NCBI GenBank assembly: GCA_963804385.1
Contig: CAWDQD010000009.1
Span: 80,831 to 144,830, forward strand
Direction of reading: 5' to 3'
DNA: 64,000 nt
Origin: an uncultured Candidatus Micrarchaeota archaeon
GTDB taxonomy: Archaea > Micrarchaeota > Micrarchaeia > Anstonellales > Bilamarchaeaceae
The notes beneath the pieces were generated by a model that saw only the letters and a list, made by a program, of their open reading frames with translations, searched no databases and had not been told where the DNA came from. Each line of letters opens with the position of its first letter. The stretch's first letter is position 1. Below are positions 38,692 through 47,462 of the stretch, piece by piece. Both the position numbers and the translations under genes were made by a program.

Positions 38692-40032
38692 TCATGCGTT
38701 CAGCGCCCGCATCATCGCGCCCGCCTTCTGCTCGGTCTCGGCGTACTCTGTCTCAGGCACCGAGTCGGCGACTATGCCGGCTCCGCTCTGGATGTAGAGC
38801 TTATTTCCGTTGGCGACGAGGGTGCGGATGCAGATTCCGAAATCAGCATTCCCGTTGAAGCCGAAATACCCTACCGCTCCGCCATAAGGGCCTCTCGCTA
38901 CTGGTTCCAAGGAAGCCAGAATCTCTATGGCCCTCAGCTTCGGCGCCCCGCTCAGCGTGCCTGCGGGAAATATGGCTTTCAGCGCGTCGAAGGCGTCCAA
39001 CCCGTCGCGTAAGTGCGCGCTCACCGGGGACATTATGTGCATGACATGCGAGAACCTCAATATCTGCATGAGCGGCCCAGCCTCGACAGTCCCGATCTCA
39101 GCAACGCGCCCCACATCGTTGCGTGTGAGGTCCACGAGCATCCGGTGCTCCGCCAGCTCCTTCGGATCCGCGAGCAGCTCGCGCTCGAGCGCGTTGTCCT
39201 CTTCTGACGTGCTGCCTCTTCGTCTCGTGCCTGCCAGAGTGGCGTAGCTGTCTATCTTCCCATTCTCGACACGAATGAGGTTCTCAGGGCTTCCGCCGAT
39301 TATCTGCCTTTCCCCGGATTTCAGGAAATACATGTATGGCGAAGGGTTGATCCGCCTCAGCCTGGAATAAAAGCCGAGCAGGTCTCCCGTAAACTCGATT
39401 GAGTGCTGCTTCGAAAGCACTGCCTGCATTATGTCTCCTGCGCGTATGTGCTCTTTGATGATCCGCACAGCGTCCTCGAATTCCCTCTTCGTGAAGCTGC
39501 AGTCCTTTGCCCCTAGCTCAAGCGGTTTTGCAATGCCAGGATCCTGGCCGACTAACTCTTCAGCCAGTTTCGACCGGTCAGGGCCGAGCGAGATGTAATA
39601 CGCCTCACCAGTTCTGTTGTTTATCCTTATGCCGTCCAGGTAAAGGCCGAATTCCAGGAGCGGAAAATCAGATGGTTGCGCCACAAATTGTATCCGGTTT
39701 TCCAGCTCCGCTATGAACTCATAGGAGACATGCCCCACAAGACCCCCCATGAATCCGGAGGGGGCACCGCTCACCCTCTCATTCTGCAGTATTGTGCGCA
39801 TATGGGCCAGAGGGTATCCGGTTGCGACATCATGGCCGTCGAACGACGCTTTTCCCTTCCGGTAAGTGAATGTCCTTTCGGGGTCGAACCCTATGAACGA
39901 GTAGCGGGAAAGCTGGCCGTCCTTTTCCGCCGATTCGAGCAGGACCGAGCTGTTGAATTTCGGATGCGCGTTCGCATATATCTCATGCGGCATCAGTCTG
40001 GTGTTGAGTTTTTTTTGTATCATGATTTTCAC
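38692..40032 (-). CDS. trpE: Anthranilate synthase component I
   Basis: LLES, RYSFIG, NPSPYM, AGTRRRG, KELAEH.MLVDL.RND, FPAGTLSGAPK, GAGIVADS. Confidence 0.93.
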   Translation of the reverse strand: MKIMIQKKLNTRLMPHEIYANAHPKFNSSVLLESAEKDGQLSRYSFIGFDPERTFTYRKGKASFDGHDVATGYPLAHMRTILQNERVSGAPSGFMGGLVGHVSYEFIAELENRIQFVAQPSDFPLLEFGLYLDGIRINNRTGEAYYISLGPDRSKLAEELVGQDPGIAKPLELGAKDCSFTKREFEDAVRIIKEHIRAGDIMQAVLSKQHSIEFTGDLLGFYSRLRRINPSPYMYFLKSGERQIIGGSPENLIRVENGKIDSYATLAGTRRRGSTSEEDNALERELLADPKELAEHRMLVDLTRNDVGRVAEIGTVEAGPLMQILRFSHVMHIMSPVSAHLRDGLDAFDALKAIFPAGTLSGAPKLRAIEILASLEPVARGPYGGAVGYFGFNGNADFGICIRTLVANGNKLYIQSGAGIVADSVPETEYAETEQKAGAMMRALNA

Positions 40033-40697
40033 CTTTGGTCGACGATGTCAAGGAACGCGCGTATCATGAGCGGACCTTTCTCGCTGAACACCGATTCTGG
40101 GTGGAACTGCAGCCCGAAAGTCTGGTGCTCCTTATGCCGTATCGCCATTATCGCCCCGTCGTCCCTGCTCGTCGCGATTACTTCGAAGCACGGTGGCAGA
40201 GTTTCATGTTCCGCGACAAGCGAATGGTAGCGCATGACCGTGAGTTCCCCATCTATGCCGGAAAGTATCCCGACCTTCTGGTAATCGAGTTCGCTAGTCT
40301 TCCCGTGCATGGGATTCTTCGCGCGCACGATCTTGCCTCCGGAGAAATGGACAATTCCCTGGTGGCCGAGGCAGACGCCGAGTATCGGGATCTTGCCGGA
40401 GAATTCCAGAATGGCCTCTCCGCTGACTCCGAAATCATCCCTAGATGCCGGATTGCCGGGGCCTGGAGATATCACCAACGCGTCAGGGGAGAACTCTTTT
40501 ATCCCAGCAAGCGAGATCTCGTTATTCCTCTTGACCTCAGGCACCCCGCCAAGCTTTCCGAACAGCTGGTAGAGGTTGTACGTGAACGAATCGAAATTGT
40601 CTATCATAAGAACGCGCGGAGCTTCCGCGAGAGGGTTCCCGAATCTTGGCCTTCCTGGCGAAGCCGGTCTTGAGAGCGTTTGTTCTGCCTGTTGCAT
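40029..40697 (-). CDS. trpG: Anthranilate synthase component II
   Basis: IDNFDSFTYNL, SPGPG, GVCLGHQ, RYHSL, QFHPES; stop overlaps the trpE start. Confidence 0.93.
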   Translation of the reverse strand: MQQAEQTLSRPASPGRPRFGNPLAEAPRVLMIDNFDSFTYNLYQLFGKLGGVPEVKRNNEISLAGIKEFSPDALVISPGPGNPASRDDFGVSGEAILEFSGKIPILGVCLGHQGIVHFSGGKIVRAKNPMHGKTSELDYQKVGILSGIDGELTVMRYHSLVAEHETLPPCFEVIATSRDDGAIMAIRHKEHQTFGLQFHPESVFSEKGPLMIRAFLDIVDQR

Positions 40698-40744
40698 TTT
40701 TCCACCAGCAATAGCTGGCACCAATGATATATTTATATCTTTTA

Positions 40745-40769
40745 TGTACAATATTGTACCTTATGTATC
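40745..40769. promoter_or_regulatory. TRP boxes (TGTACA-N4-TGTACC, plus TGTATC) in the divergent trpG/trpY promoter
   Basis: Sequence tgtaca-atat-tgtacc-tta-tgtatc matches the TGTACA TRP box bound by Methanothermobacter TrpY; AT-rich TATA tract at about 40727-40744. Confidence 0.7.
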
Positions 40770-41263
40770 CTATCCTGGAAGATGCGTTTTTGAGGTATCC
40801 AATGCGCAGAAAAGTGGCCGAGCTGCTCCTCAGACAGGGCCTGAGCGTCGATAAAGATGAGAGGATATTTTCCGGCGCCATAGAGATAAGCCCGGTCAAG
40901 ATTTCGCGGGCCCTCGGGGTGGATCGCCGCGTGGTCCTCGAGACCGCGCAGATGATCCGTGGGATCCCCGAGCTTTTCGGGATCTTCAGCGGTTTGGAAC
41001 CGACATGCTCGATAAAAGGAGTCGCAAAAAACCTCGGATTTGAGGTGATAGAGATAGAAGCCGAGTCCCATGACAAAGGCATCGTGAGCGCTGTCACTTC
41101 GATAGTGGCGGAAGCGGGAATCAGCGTCAGGCAGCTCGTCTGCGACGACCCAGACATCTATCCTAATCCGAAGCTCACAATCGTGCTCGAGAAAAGACTT
41201 CCGCCGAACGCATTCCTGAAGCTCCGTGAACTGAAGAACATAGCAAAACTGTCGATAGGATGA
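40763..41263 (+). CDS. trpY: TrpY-like HTH plus ACT regulator of amino-acid metabolism
   Basis: KISRALGVDRRVV HTH, ACT domain (GIVSAVT..VAEAGISVRQ..DDP...P.LTIV); divergent from trpGE with TRP boxes. Confidence 0.75.
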   Translation: MYPILEDAFLRYPMRRKVAELLLRQGLSVDKDERIFSGAIEISPVKISRALGVDRRVVLETAQMIRGIPELFGIFSGLEPTCSIKGVAKNLGFEVIEIEAESHDKGIVSAVTSIVAEAGISVRQLVCDDPDIYPNPKLTIVLEKRLPPNAFLKLRELKNIAKLSIG

Positions 41264-41524
41264 TTACCCTATTCTGATGTCCGGCTCTATCTTGCGCCAG
41301 TCCATGTTCATGAACTGCCAGAGCGTTTTCGTAGTGGAATCATAGACCAGGTCGTTCTTCGATGCGACCTCTTTGGGCCGGTCTATCTCTATGAGCGGGA
41401 ATCTCCGCATGAACATGATTTCATCGCGGAAAGGGTTGCGCTCGATGACATATATGCGCTTGCGCTCGGCCTTGACCTTCTCGCACCAGTCCATGACCTT
41501 GTCTATCTCTTCCTTGGTTACCAT
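41264..41524 (-). CDS. Small hypothetical protein
   Basis: 86 aa with host-like codon usage; downstream of trpD. Confidence 0.65.
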   Translation of the reverse strand: MVTKEEIDKVMDWCEKVKAERKRIYVIERNPFRDEIMFMRRFPLIEIDRPKEVASKNDLVYDSTTKTLWQFMNMDWRKIEPDIRIG

Positions 41525-41565
41525 CCGATTCGAATATCGATTGCCATCTTTATTATTGTTTCTTG

Positions 41566-42558
41566 CTATGGCATGAAGTTTCTCAAGTCATCCAGTTTGC
41601 CCATCGCAGCCCCGGAATCGATGGATCCGCATGCGCAATCGATCCCATCCGCGATGCTGTCGACGATGCCTGCAACATAGATAGCGGCCGCTGCGTTGAG
41701 CAGGGATATGTCGCGGGCAGGCCCTGGCTTCTTGCTGAGCACATCCAAGGTTATCTCTGCGCTCTCTTCCTTCGAGTTCACTTTCGGAGCGTCATTCCTG
41801 TCGAAGCCCAACTCCGCTGCATCCATGAACCTGGTCTCCACTTTCCCGTCCCGGACTTCGCTGATCTTCGTGTTTCCAAGCCCGATCTCATCCATGCCCT
41901 CGGAATGCACGACCATCGCCCTTTTCGTGCCGAGGACCAGGAGCACCTCGGCCATGGTCTCTGTCAAGCCCGGGCGGAAAACGCCGATTACCTGCGCGCT
42001 CGCTCCGGCCGGATTGGTGAGCGGTCCCAGGATGTTGAATACCGTACGGAAGCCAAGTTCCTCCCGCACCCCCTTCGCATTCCTCATGGCCGGATGGAAG
42101 TAAGGCGCGAACATGAATCCTATGCCTATCTCGTCGATGCATCTTTGGACCTCTTCCGGCTGGAGCAGCGGGACATCGAGCTTCTCAAGCACGTCGGCTG
42201 AGCCGCATCTGCTCGATACCGAGCGGTTGCCATGCTTTGCGATTATCACGCCAGCCCCTGCGGCTATGAGCGCCGCGGTGGTGGAGATGTTGAACGTGCC
42301 GCGCGAATCGCCGCCGGTCCCGCATGTGTCCACGAGCGGTTCCTTTGAAGGGCGAATCGCTTTGGCATGGCTTCTCATCTCCTGGGCCAATGCCGCGATC
42401 TCCCCTATAGTCTCGCCCTTCATCCTCAACGCAGTAAGGAACGCACTTGTCTGCGCCGGGGTGGATTCGCCGCTCATGATCTGCTTCATGGCCGCCCTAG
42501 CCTCATCATGCGTGAGGTCCTTCCTATCTGCAAGCTTGCCGAGCATCTGCCGCATCAT
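41566..42558 (-). CDS. trpD: Anthranilate phosphoribosyltransferase
   Basis: DTCGTGGD, FNIST, KHGNRSVSS.CGSAD, RTVFNILGPLTNP. Confidence 0.95.
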   Translation of the reverse strand: MMRQMLGKLADRKDLTHDEARAAMKQIMSGESTPAQTSAFLTALRMKGETIGEIAALAQEMRSHAKAIRPSKEPLVDTCGTGGDSRGTFNISTTAALIAAGAGVIIAKHGNRSVSSRCGSADVLEKLDVPLLQPEEVQRCIDEIGIGFMFAPYFHPAMRNAKGVREELGFRTVFNILGPLTNPAGASAQVIGVFRPGLTETMAEVLLVLGTKRAMVVHSEGMDEIGLGNTKISEVRDGKVETRFMDAAELGFDRNDAPKVNSKEESAEITLDVLSKKPGPARDISLLNAAAAIYVAGIVDSIADGIDCACGSIDSGAAMGKLDDLRNFMP

Positions 42559-42608
42559 CAGTCCCACCAAGCGGCATCTATGAACCGAATATGTTAAAAA
42601 ATGAAAAA

Positions 42609-43184
42609 TTATCTCTTGAGCCTCGCTTCCGCTTCCTTCCAGTCTATGTTCTTGAAGAACGCGGCGATGTAGTCTGCTTTCTTGAGCTGGTAATCCGTCA
42701 TGTACGCATGCTCGAAGACGTCCATCACCAGTATCGGCACGCAGCCCGAGAGATGGCCGACATCATGCTCGTTCACCCAGCAGTTGAAGAGCCTTTTTCC
42801 GACCGCATCATAGTAGAGGACGACCCAGCCGATGCCGCGCATGGCGCCGGATGATCGGAAATCCTTCTCCCAGTTCTCGTAGGAACCGAAATCCTCAGCG
42901 AGCTTCTTCACGATCATATCGCTCTTCGCGCCGCCTTTTTTCATGTTGCCGAAATACAGCTCGTGCAGCCTCATGCCGTTGAACTCCCAGCCGAACCTCC
43001 GCTTCAGTTCGGCGTATTCCGGAGTCCCGATCCTCGCATCCTTGGCCATCGCCGATAGCGCGTCCGCGGACTTGTTCGTGTTCGTGACATACCCCTGATA
43101 TAGAGTGAAATGGTTCTTCAGCAGCGTGTCGCTGAACCCATCCATCCCCAAAAGCCCCTCGAAATTCTTCGCTTCATATGCCAT
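42609..43184 (-). CDS. sod: Fe/Mn superoxide dismutase family protein
   Basis: H..LY.GYV, LHELYF, GIGW and MDVFEHAY metal-ligand motifs. Confidence 0.9.
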   Translation of the reverse strand: MAYEAKNFEGLLGMDGFSDTLLKNHFTLYQGYVTNTNKSADALSAMAKDARIGTPEYAELKRRFGWEFNGMRLHELYFGNMKKGGAKSDMIVKKLAEDFGSYENWEKDFRSSGAMRGIGWVVLYYDAVGKRLFNCWVNEHDVGHLSGCVPILVMDVFEHAYMTDYQLKKADYIAAFFKNIDWKEAEARLKR

Positions 43185-43193
43185 ACTATCGCC

Positions 43194-43739
43194 TCATTTC
43201 CCTACTTTTATCGCCTGCGCACCTGGCTTCCAGCCTGCGGGGCAAACCTGCCCTTTGTTCTCTCTAACGAAACTCACCGCATGCAACTTTCTTAATATTT
43301 CCGCAGCGCTCCGGCCGATGCTGTTGTCATGCATCTCCATGGATTTCACGGTGCCGTCCGGATCGATGATGAACGTCGCCCGTGTCGAGAGCCCCTCATC
43401 CTCGATATATGTCCCGAACGCTTTGGACAGCTTCCCGCCCGGGTCCGCAGCCATCGCGAACCTGACCTCCTTGACCATCGGATTGCTTCCATGCCATGCC
43501 TTGTGAACGTAAGCCGTGTCCGTGCTAACGCTGATGATATCAGCATCGGCACTCTTGAACTCCTTATGCATCTTCGCCGCCTCGTTCAGCTCGGTCGGGC
43601 AGACGAACGTGAAATCCGCCGGATAGAACATCAGCACGAGCCATTTTCCCTTGTAATCCGAGAACCTTCCCTTCCTGATTTCCCCATCCTGGAAATAATC
43701 GAATTCCATGTCAGGGATCTTCTGGTTGACACTCAACAT
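43194..43739 (-). CDS. ahpC: Typical 2-Cys peroxiredoxin
   Basis: FYPADFTFVCPTE and VCPAGW motifs. Confidence 0.95.
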   Translation of the reverse strand: MLSVNQKIPDMEFDYFQDGEIRKGRFSDYKGKWLVLMFYPADFTFVCPTELNEAAKMHKEFKSADADIISVSTDTAYVHKAWHGSNPMVKEVRFAMAADPGGKLSKAFGTYIEDEGLSTRATFIIDPDGTVKSMEMHDNSIGRSAAEILRKLHAVSFVRENKGQVCPAGWKPGAQAIKVGK

Positions 43740-43784
43740 CTTATCACCCGGTTATCCATTCTCAAGTTCGTTTTATAAACTGTT

Positions 43785-43803
43785 TGGTACGAAAAACGTA
43801 CCA
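43785..43803. promoter_or_regulatory. Perfect palindrome TGGTACG-AAAAA-CGTACCA, putative Lrp operator
   Basis: 7-5-7 inverted repeat between TTTATAAA (43772-43779) and the lrpA ATG. Confidence 0.7.
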
Positions 43804-44231
43804 TGGACGAAAGGGACAGGATAATCGTGGAAGCACTCATCGAGGACTCGAGGACCCCGTACGTGGAGCTGGCGAAGATGCTGAGAATAACCGAGGCGGC
43901 CGTGCGCAAGCGGGTACGCAACCTCGAGGATTCCGGCATCATCAGCAAGTTCACGATACGCGTGGACCCGTCCGTTCTCGGATACAGCTCCGTCGCCATC
44001 ATCGGGATAGACACGAAGCCGGACGCGCTCATCTGGGTGCAGGCCACAGTAAAGCGGATGAAAGGCGTGAGGTACACCTCGCTCTCTTCAGGTGACCACA
44101 TGCTCATGTTCGGCGTCTGGTGCCATGATCAGAATGAGCTCCGCTCGGTCATATCCAGGGTGAAAAAAATGGACGGCGTGACCAAGGTCTGCCCCGCCGT
44201 TCTCCTCAAGAATGTCGAATACTGCGAGTGA
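43803..44231 (+). CDS. lrpA: Lrp/AsnC regulator, LrpA-like
   Basis: MDERD, EAAVRKRV HTH, GIDTKP, LSSGDHM and GVTKVCPA, as recalled for Pyrococcus LrpA. Confidence 0.85.
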   Translation: MDERDRIIVEALIEDSRTPYVELAKMLRITEAAVRKRVRNLEDSGIISKFTIRVDPSVLGYSSVAIIGIDTKPDALIWVQATVKRMKGVRYTSLSSGDHMLMFGVWCHDQNELRSVISRVKKMDGVTKVCPAVLLKNVEYCE

Positions 44232-46004
44232 TCATGCAGGGTGAGCGACCCGCAGTTCCTCCAGCGCATGGATCGCGTTAAACCCCTTTATGAACGCCTG
44301 GATAGCCGCCTTGGTCGTGTCGGTGTGGACAAAGGAAGATTCGACCTCAAGCTCTCCTTTCCTGAGCGTCATGGTGATCCTTGCCGGAGCATCGCTTCCA
44401 TCTCCCATCCCGTGGCTTTCAAAGGACGACATTTCCACTCCTGCACCATTACCGATGGCAGCACGAATCGCATTCACCCCGACGTCTACAGGGCCGTTTC
44501 CGGTGCTGTCCTCTCCTATGGCTTCCCTGCCGTTGATCTTGACTCTCACGCGGGCCGTCGACCCTGCATCATTGGTGGAGATATCATCGATTCGGACGTC
44601 ATCGACCATGCAGCATGGTTTGCCCATCACGGCATGATAAGCCATGAGCAGGAAGTCCGCATCGCTCACCCCCCTGGTCGCAGCCATCCCTTTCACCGCT
44701 TCGAGGACGACCCCTACCTTGGCTTCGGGGATGCTGACCCCGAATTCGCCCAGCCTGTGGATGATGTTCTTGTTCCCCGAGAGTATGCCAATCCCGACCT
44801 CCTCTTTTCTCCCTATGATCTCGGGACCGTACGGTATGTACACGCTTCCGTTGTCTCTCCTGTCGGTCCCGACGTTCCGGGTGCTGCAGCCGCTGTCTTC
44901 GCTCTTGAGGACCCCGTCTCCGTGGACGCCAGCGGTATGCTTCAAAGCCTTTTCCCCCACATAGGAGGCGTTCTCTGCCGGTCCGACGCCGAAGCGTTCG
45001 GTCACGAATGCGGATACCTCTTTCAGCCGGCTCATGTCGGCGTACTCGATGCCATAGTTGAGCAGCATATGCATAGCCACCTGCTCCATCGCCGCATTTC
45101 CGGTCCTCTCGCCCACACCATGCATAGTGACCTGCGCTACGGAGACTCCCGCGAGCATGGCCGCTATCGTGTTCTGGAACGCCATGTTCATGTCGTTATG
45201 GCAATGCACCTGGAGCGGCAGCTGGGGCACCTTCGAGCGGATATATGATATGAGGCCGTACATGTATGCCGGATCGCACACGCCGATAGTGTCCGGGATG
45301 TTGTATTGGATGCCGTGGCCTCCGGCGGCTTCGTAGACCATCTCCCCGACCCTCACCAGATGGTCCGGATCCGCCCTCGCTGCATCCTCGAGCGATACTA
45401 TGATCTTTTCGAAGCCCTTGCTTCTCGCGTATATCACGCATTCCCTGATATGGTCCATGAGCTGCTCCGGCATCTTGTCGAATTTCACCCATGCATGCGG
45501 GATGGAGCCAGAGGAATATATGTGCATGGTCTCCGCTTCCGCCTCGGCTGCGGCGTCGATGTCCCTGTGCACCATGCGGCCTAGGCTGACTATCTCGGTG
45601 TCCAGGCCGCGTTCCCTCACCATTCTCCTCACCGTCTTTATGGCTTCAATCTCGCCGGGATTGCTCACCGCGTTGCCGACCTCTATGATCGGTATCCCCC
45701 AATTGGCCAGCCGCATGCAGATGGCGACCTTGTTCTCGATGACCGACTTCCCGCTGTGCTCGGTGACGAATGCCGCGGTCTCCGGCGTCTGCATGCCGTC
45801 CCTGGCCGTGGTGTCGAATATCTTGATAGCGCCGAGCATCGCTACTGTCCCCTCATCCCTCGCGATCATGGCGCGGCCATATCCTTCTGCATAGGGCCCT
45901 ATCATCTCGAGATACTTGTTCTTCCTCTCGCCCCACCATCTGAATTCCCTTACCGCATCGGGCATCGTTCTTGCTGCCGAGCGTATCATCTCTTTGGTTA
46001 CCAT
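44232..46004 (-). CDS. leuA: 2-isopropylmalate synthase (LeuA/CimA family) with C-terminal regulatory domain
   Basis: DTTARDGMQ, PDTIG, HCHND, GVGERTGNA, H.AGVH.DG, GNGPVD allosteric domain; strong SD AAGGAGGTG. LeuA versus CimA/homocitrate synthase cannot be fully resolved by eye. Confidence 0.8.
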   Translation of the reverse strand: MVTKEMIRSAARTMPDAVREFRWWGERKNKYLEMIGPYAEGYGRAMIARDEGTVAMLGAIKIFDTTARDGMQTPETAAFVTEHSGKSVIENKVAICMRLANWGIPIIEVGNAVSNPGEIEAIKTVRRMVRERGLDTEIVSLGRMVHRDIDAAAEAEAETMHIYSSGSIPHAWVKFDKMPEQLMDHIRECVIYARSKGFEKIIVSLEDAARADPDHLVRVGEMVYEAAGGHGIQYNIPDTIGVCDPAYMYGLISYIRSKVPQLPLQVHCHNDMNMAFQNTIAAMLAGVSVAQVTMHGVGERTGNAAMEQVAMHMLLNYGIEYADMSRLKEVSAFVTERFGVGPAENASYVGEKALKHTAGVHGDGVLKSEDSGCSTRNVGTDRRDNGSVYIPYGPEIIGRKEEVGIGILSGNKNIIHRLGEFGVSIPEAKVGVVLEAVKGMAATRGVSDADFLLMAYHAVMGKPCCMVDDVRIDDISTNDAGSTARVRVKINGREAIGEDSTGNGPVDVGVNAIRAAIGNGAGVEMSSFESHGMGDGSDAPARITMTLRKGELEVESSFVHTDTTKAAIQAFIKGFNAIHALEELRVAHPA

Positions 46005-46093
46005 GCATCACACCTCCTTGTTTTTTGACGAGAGAAAAAGTAAGACTGAGGATAATTTTTACAAGTCCAAAATTCTATTGTAGGTGTGGCCGG

Positions 46094-46156
46094 CTAGGCC
46101 AGGAGGAGCAAGCTGAGCACTATGGAATTAGACTGGATTTCGCTCCTTGCTTGCAT
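46094..46156 (-). CDS. Putative leu leader peptide MQARSEIQSNSIVLSLLLLA (or MDT-extended from 46165)
   Basis: Hand translation of the minus strand: ATG at 46156, TTG CTC CTC CTG at 46111-46100, TAG at 46096-46094; TATA-like TTTAAAAA at 46188-46181. Confidence 0.65.
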   Translation of the reverse strand: MQARSEIQSNSIVLSLLLLA

Positions 46157-46237
46157 AGTGTCCATTTGTGTAAGCAAGAATTTTTAAATTCTGGTAACAG
46201 AACTCGCCGGGCATCCAAGAACGCCAATCCAGAAAAC

Positions 46238-47320
46238 CTATCCTTGCCTCTTTATCACTTGCACGACGTCCCCGTCGGCCAGCATATGATATAGCCCGAC
46301 GCGCTGCGGCTGGTGCTTCACGCTTTTTCCCCACACGAGCGCATACCTGAATTCTTTCCGTAGATCGCGGTGCAGCCGCTCGCACATCTCCCCCACTGTG
46401 ATGCCGCTGCGAACAACCATGGGGTCGTTCATGTCCGCGACCTCTCCCTTGCGCTTGGTGAAGATGTGGATCAGATCGAGCTTGTCGTATATCTGTTTTT
46501 TCAGCTCCTCTATGCCGCCGCCCCGCTCCGCCGCGATGGCAACATACTCGAACGGAAGCTTGGGCGGCGTCTTCACGAGGTCCGATTTGCTCAGCACGTA
46601 GACTGCGGGTATGTAAGCACGGTTTCCTTCAATGGCATCGATGAATTCGTCAACGGTTATGTCCTGATGCAGTATGATGTCGGCATTGAACATGCTGTAT
46701 GCGTTGAGCGTCGCCTGGATGCTCCGCTCGCTTATCTTGGTGATGGGGACCGTATGGTTGATCGTTATCCCGCCTTTCATTGCCTTCCCTATGGATACGT
46801 GCGGTGGCGAGGCATTGACCCTGATGCCGAATCCGTATAGCTCGGTCTCGATTATGCGGCGCTGGTCCGGGTGGTTGGCCTCTATCATGATGAGTATGAG
46901 GTCCGCGTTCCTCGCGACCGCTATGACTTCCCGCCCCCGTCCTTTCCCGTCTTTCGCACCTTCGATGATTCCTGGCAAATCGAGGATTTGTATCTTCGTG
47001 TTCTTGTAATTCATCGTGCCTGGAATGCATTTCAGCGTCGTGAATGCGTATGCCGCTGTTTTGGATTCGGCGTTCGTGAGTTTATTTAGTAATGTGGACT
47101 TTCCGACGCTGGGAAGCCCTATCAGCGCGACGGTCGCGTCGCCGCTTTTCTTGACATCGAATCCTCCCCCGCTCGCCCCGTGTTTCCTCGGCGCGAGCAG
47201 CTCGCGGCGTATCTGCGCGATCTTGGACTTGATGATTCCGATATGGTACTCCGTGGCCTTGTTCTTCTGGGTACGAGCCATCTCGTCCTCTAGTTCCTTG
47301 AGTTTTTCCTGGAGTCCCAT
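46238..47320 (-). CDS. DRG/Rbg1-family GTPase with TGS domain
   Basis: TQKNKATEYH, GLPSVGKS, FTTL, DLPGII, YALVWGKS.KH.PQRVGL. Confidence 0.95.
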   Translation of the reverse strand: MGLQEKLKELEDEMARTQKNKATEYHIGIIKSKIAQIRRELLAPRKHGASGGGFDVKKSGDATVALIGLPSVGKSTLLNKLTNAESKTAAYAFTTLKCIPGTMNYKNTKIQILDLPGIIEGAKDGKGRGREVIAVARNADLILIMIEANHPDQRRIIETELYGFGIRVNASPPHVSIGKAMKGGITINHTVPITKISERSIQATLNAYSMFNADIILHQDITVDEFIDAIEGNRAYIPAVYVLSKSDLVKTPPKLPFEYVAIAAERGGGIEELKKQIYDKLDLIHIFTKRKGEVADMNDPMVVRSGITVGEMCERLHRDLRKEFRYALVWGKSVKHQPQRVGLYHMLADGDVVQVIKRQG

Positions 47321-47462
47321 CTGATAATGAATCGACCGTTCAGCTTTTCAAACATAGGGCTTGGATGGATGGTTTGCAGCGCACCTATCCCGTGTTCCAT
47401 TCTGATCAATGATGAAAGGCCAAAGTCAAGGTTTATATTCATTCTGAAACATTTAATATCAC

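Noticed and set aside
40698-40762. Trp leader peptide analogous to the leu leader
   Set aside because: No convincing Trp-codon uORF; TRP boxes and TrpY explain regulation here.
47402-47447. CTGA-tca-ATGATGA...CTGA resembling a C/D box sRNA
   Set aside because: Box spacing does not give a complete C-D'-C'-D layout, and it overlaps the kinase promoter.
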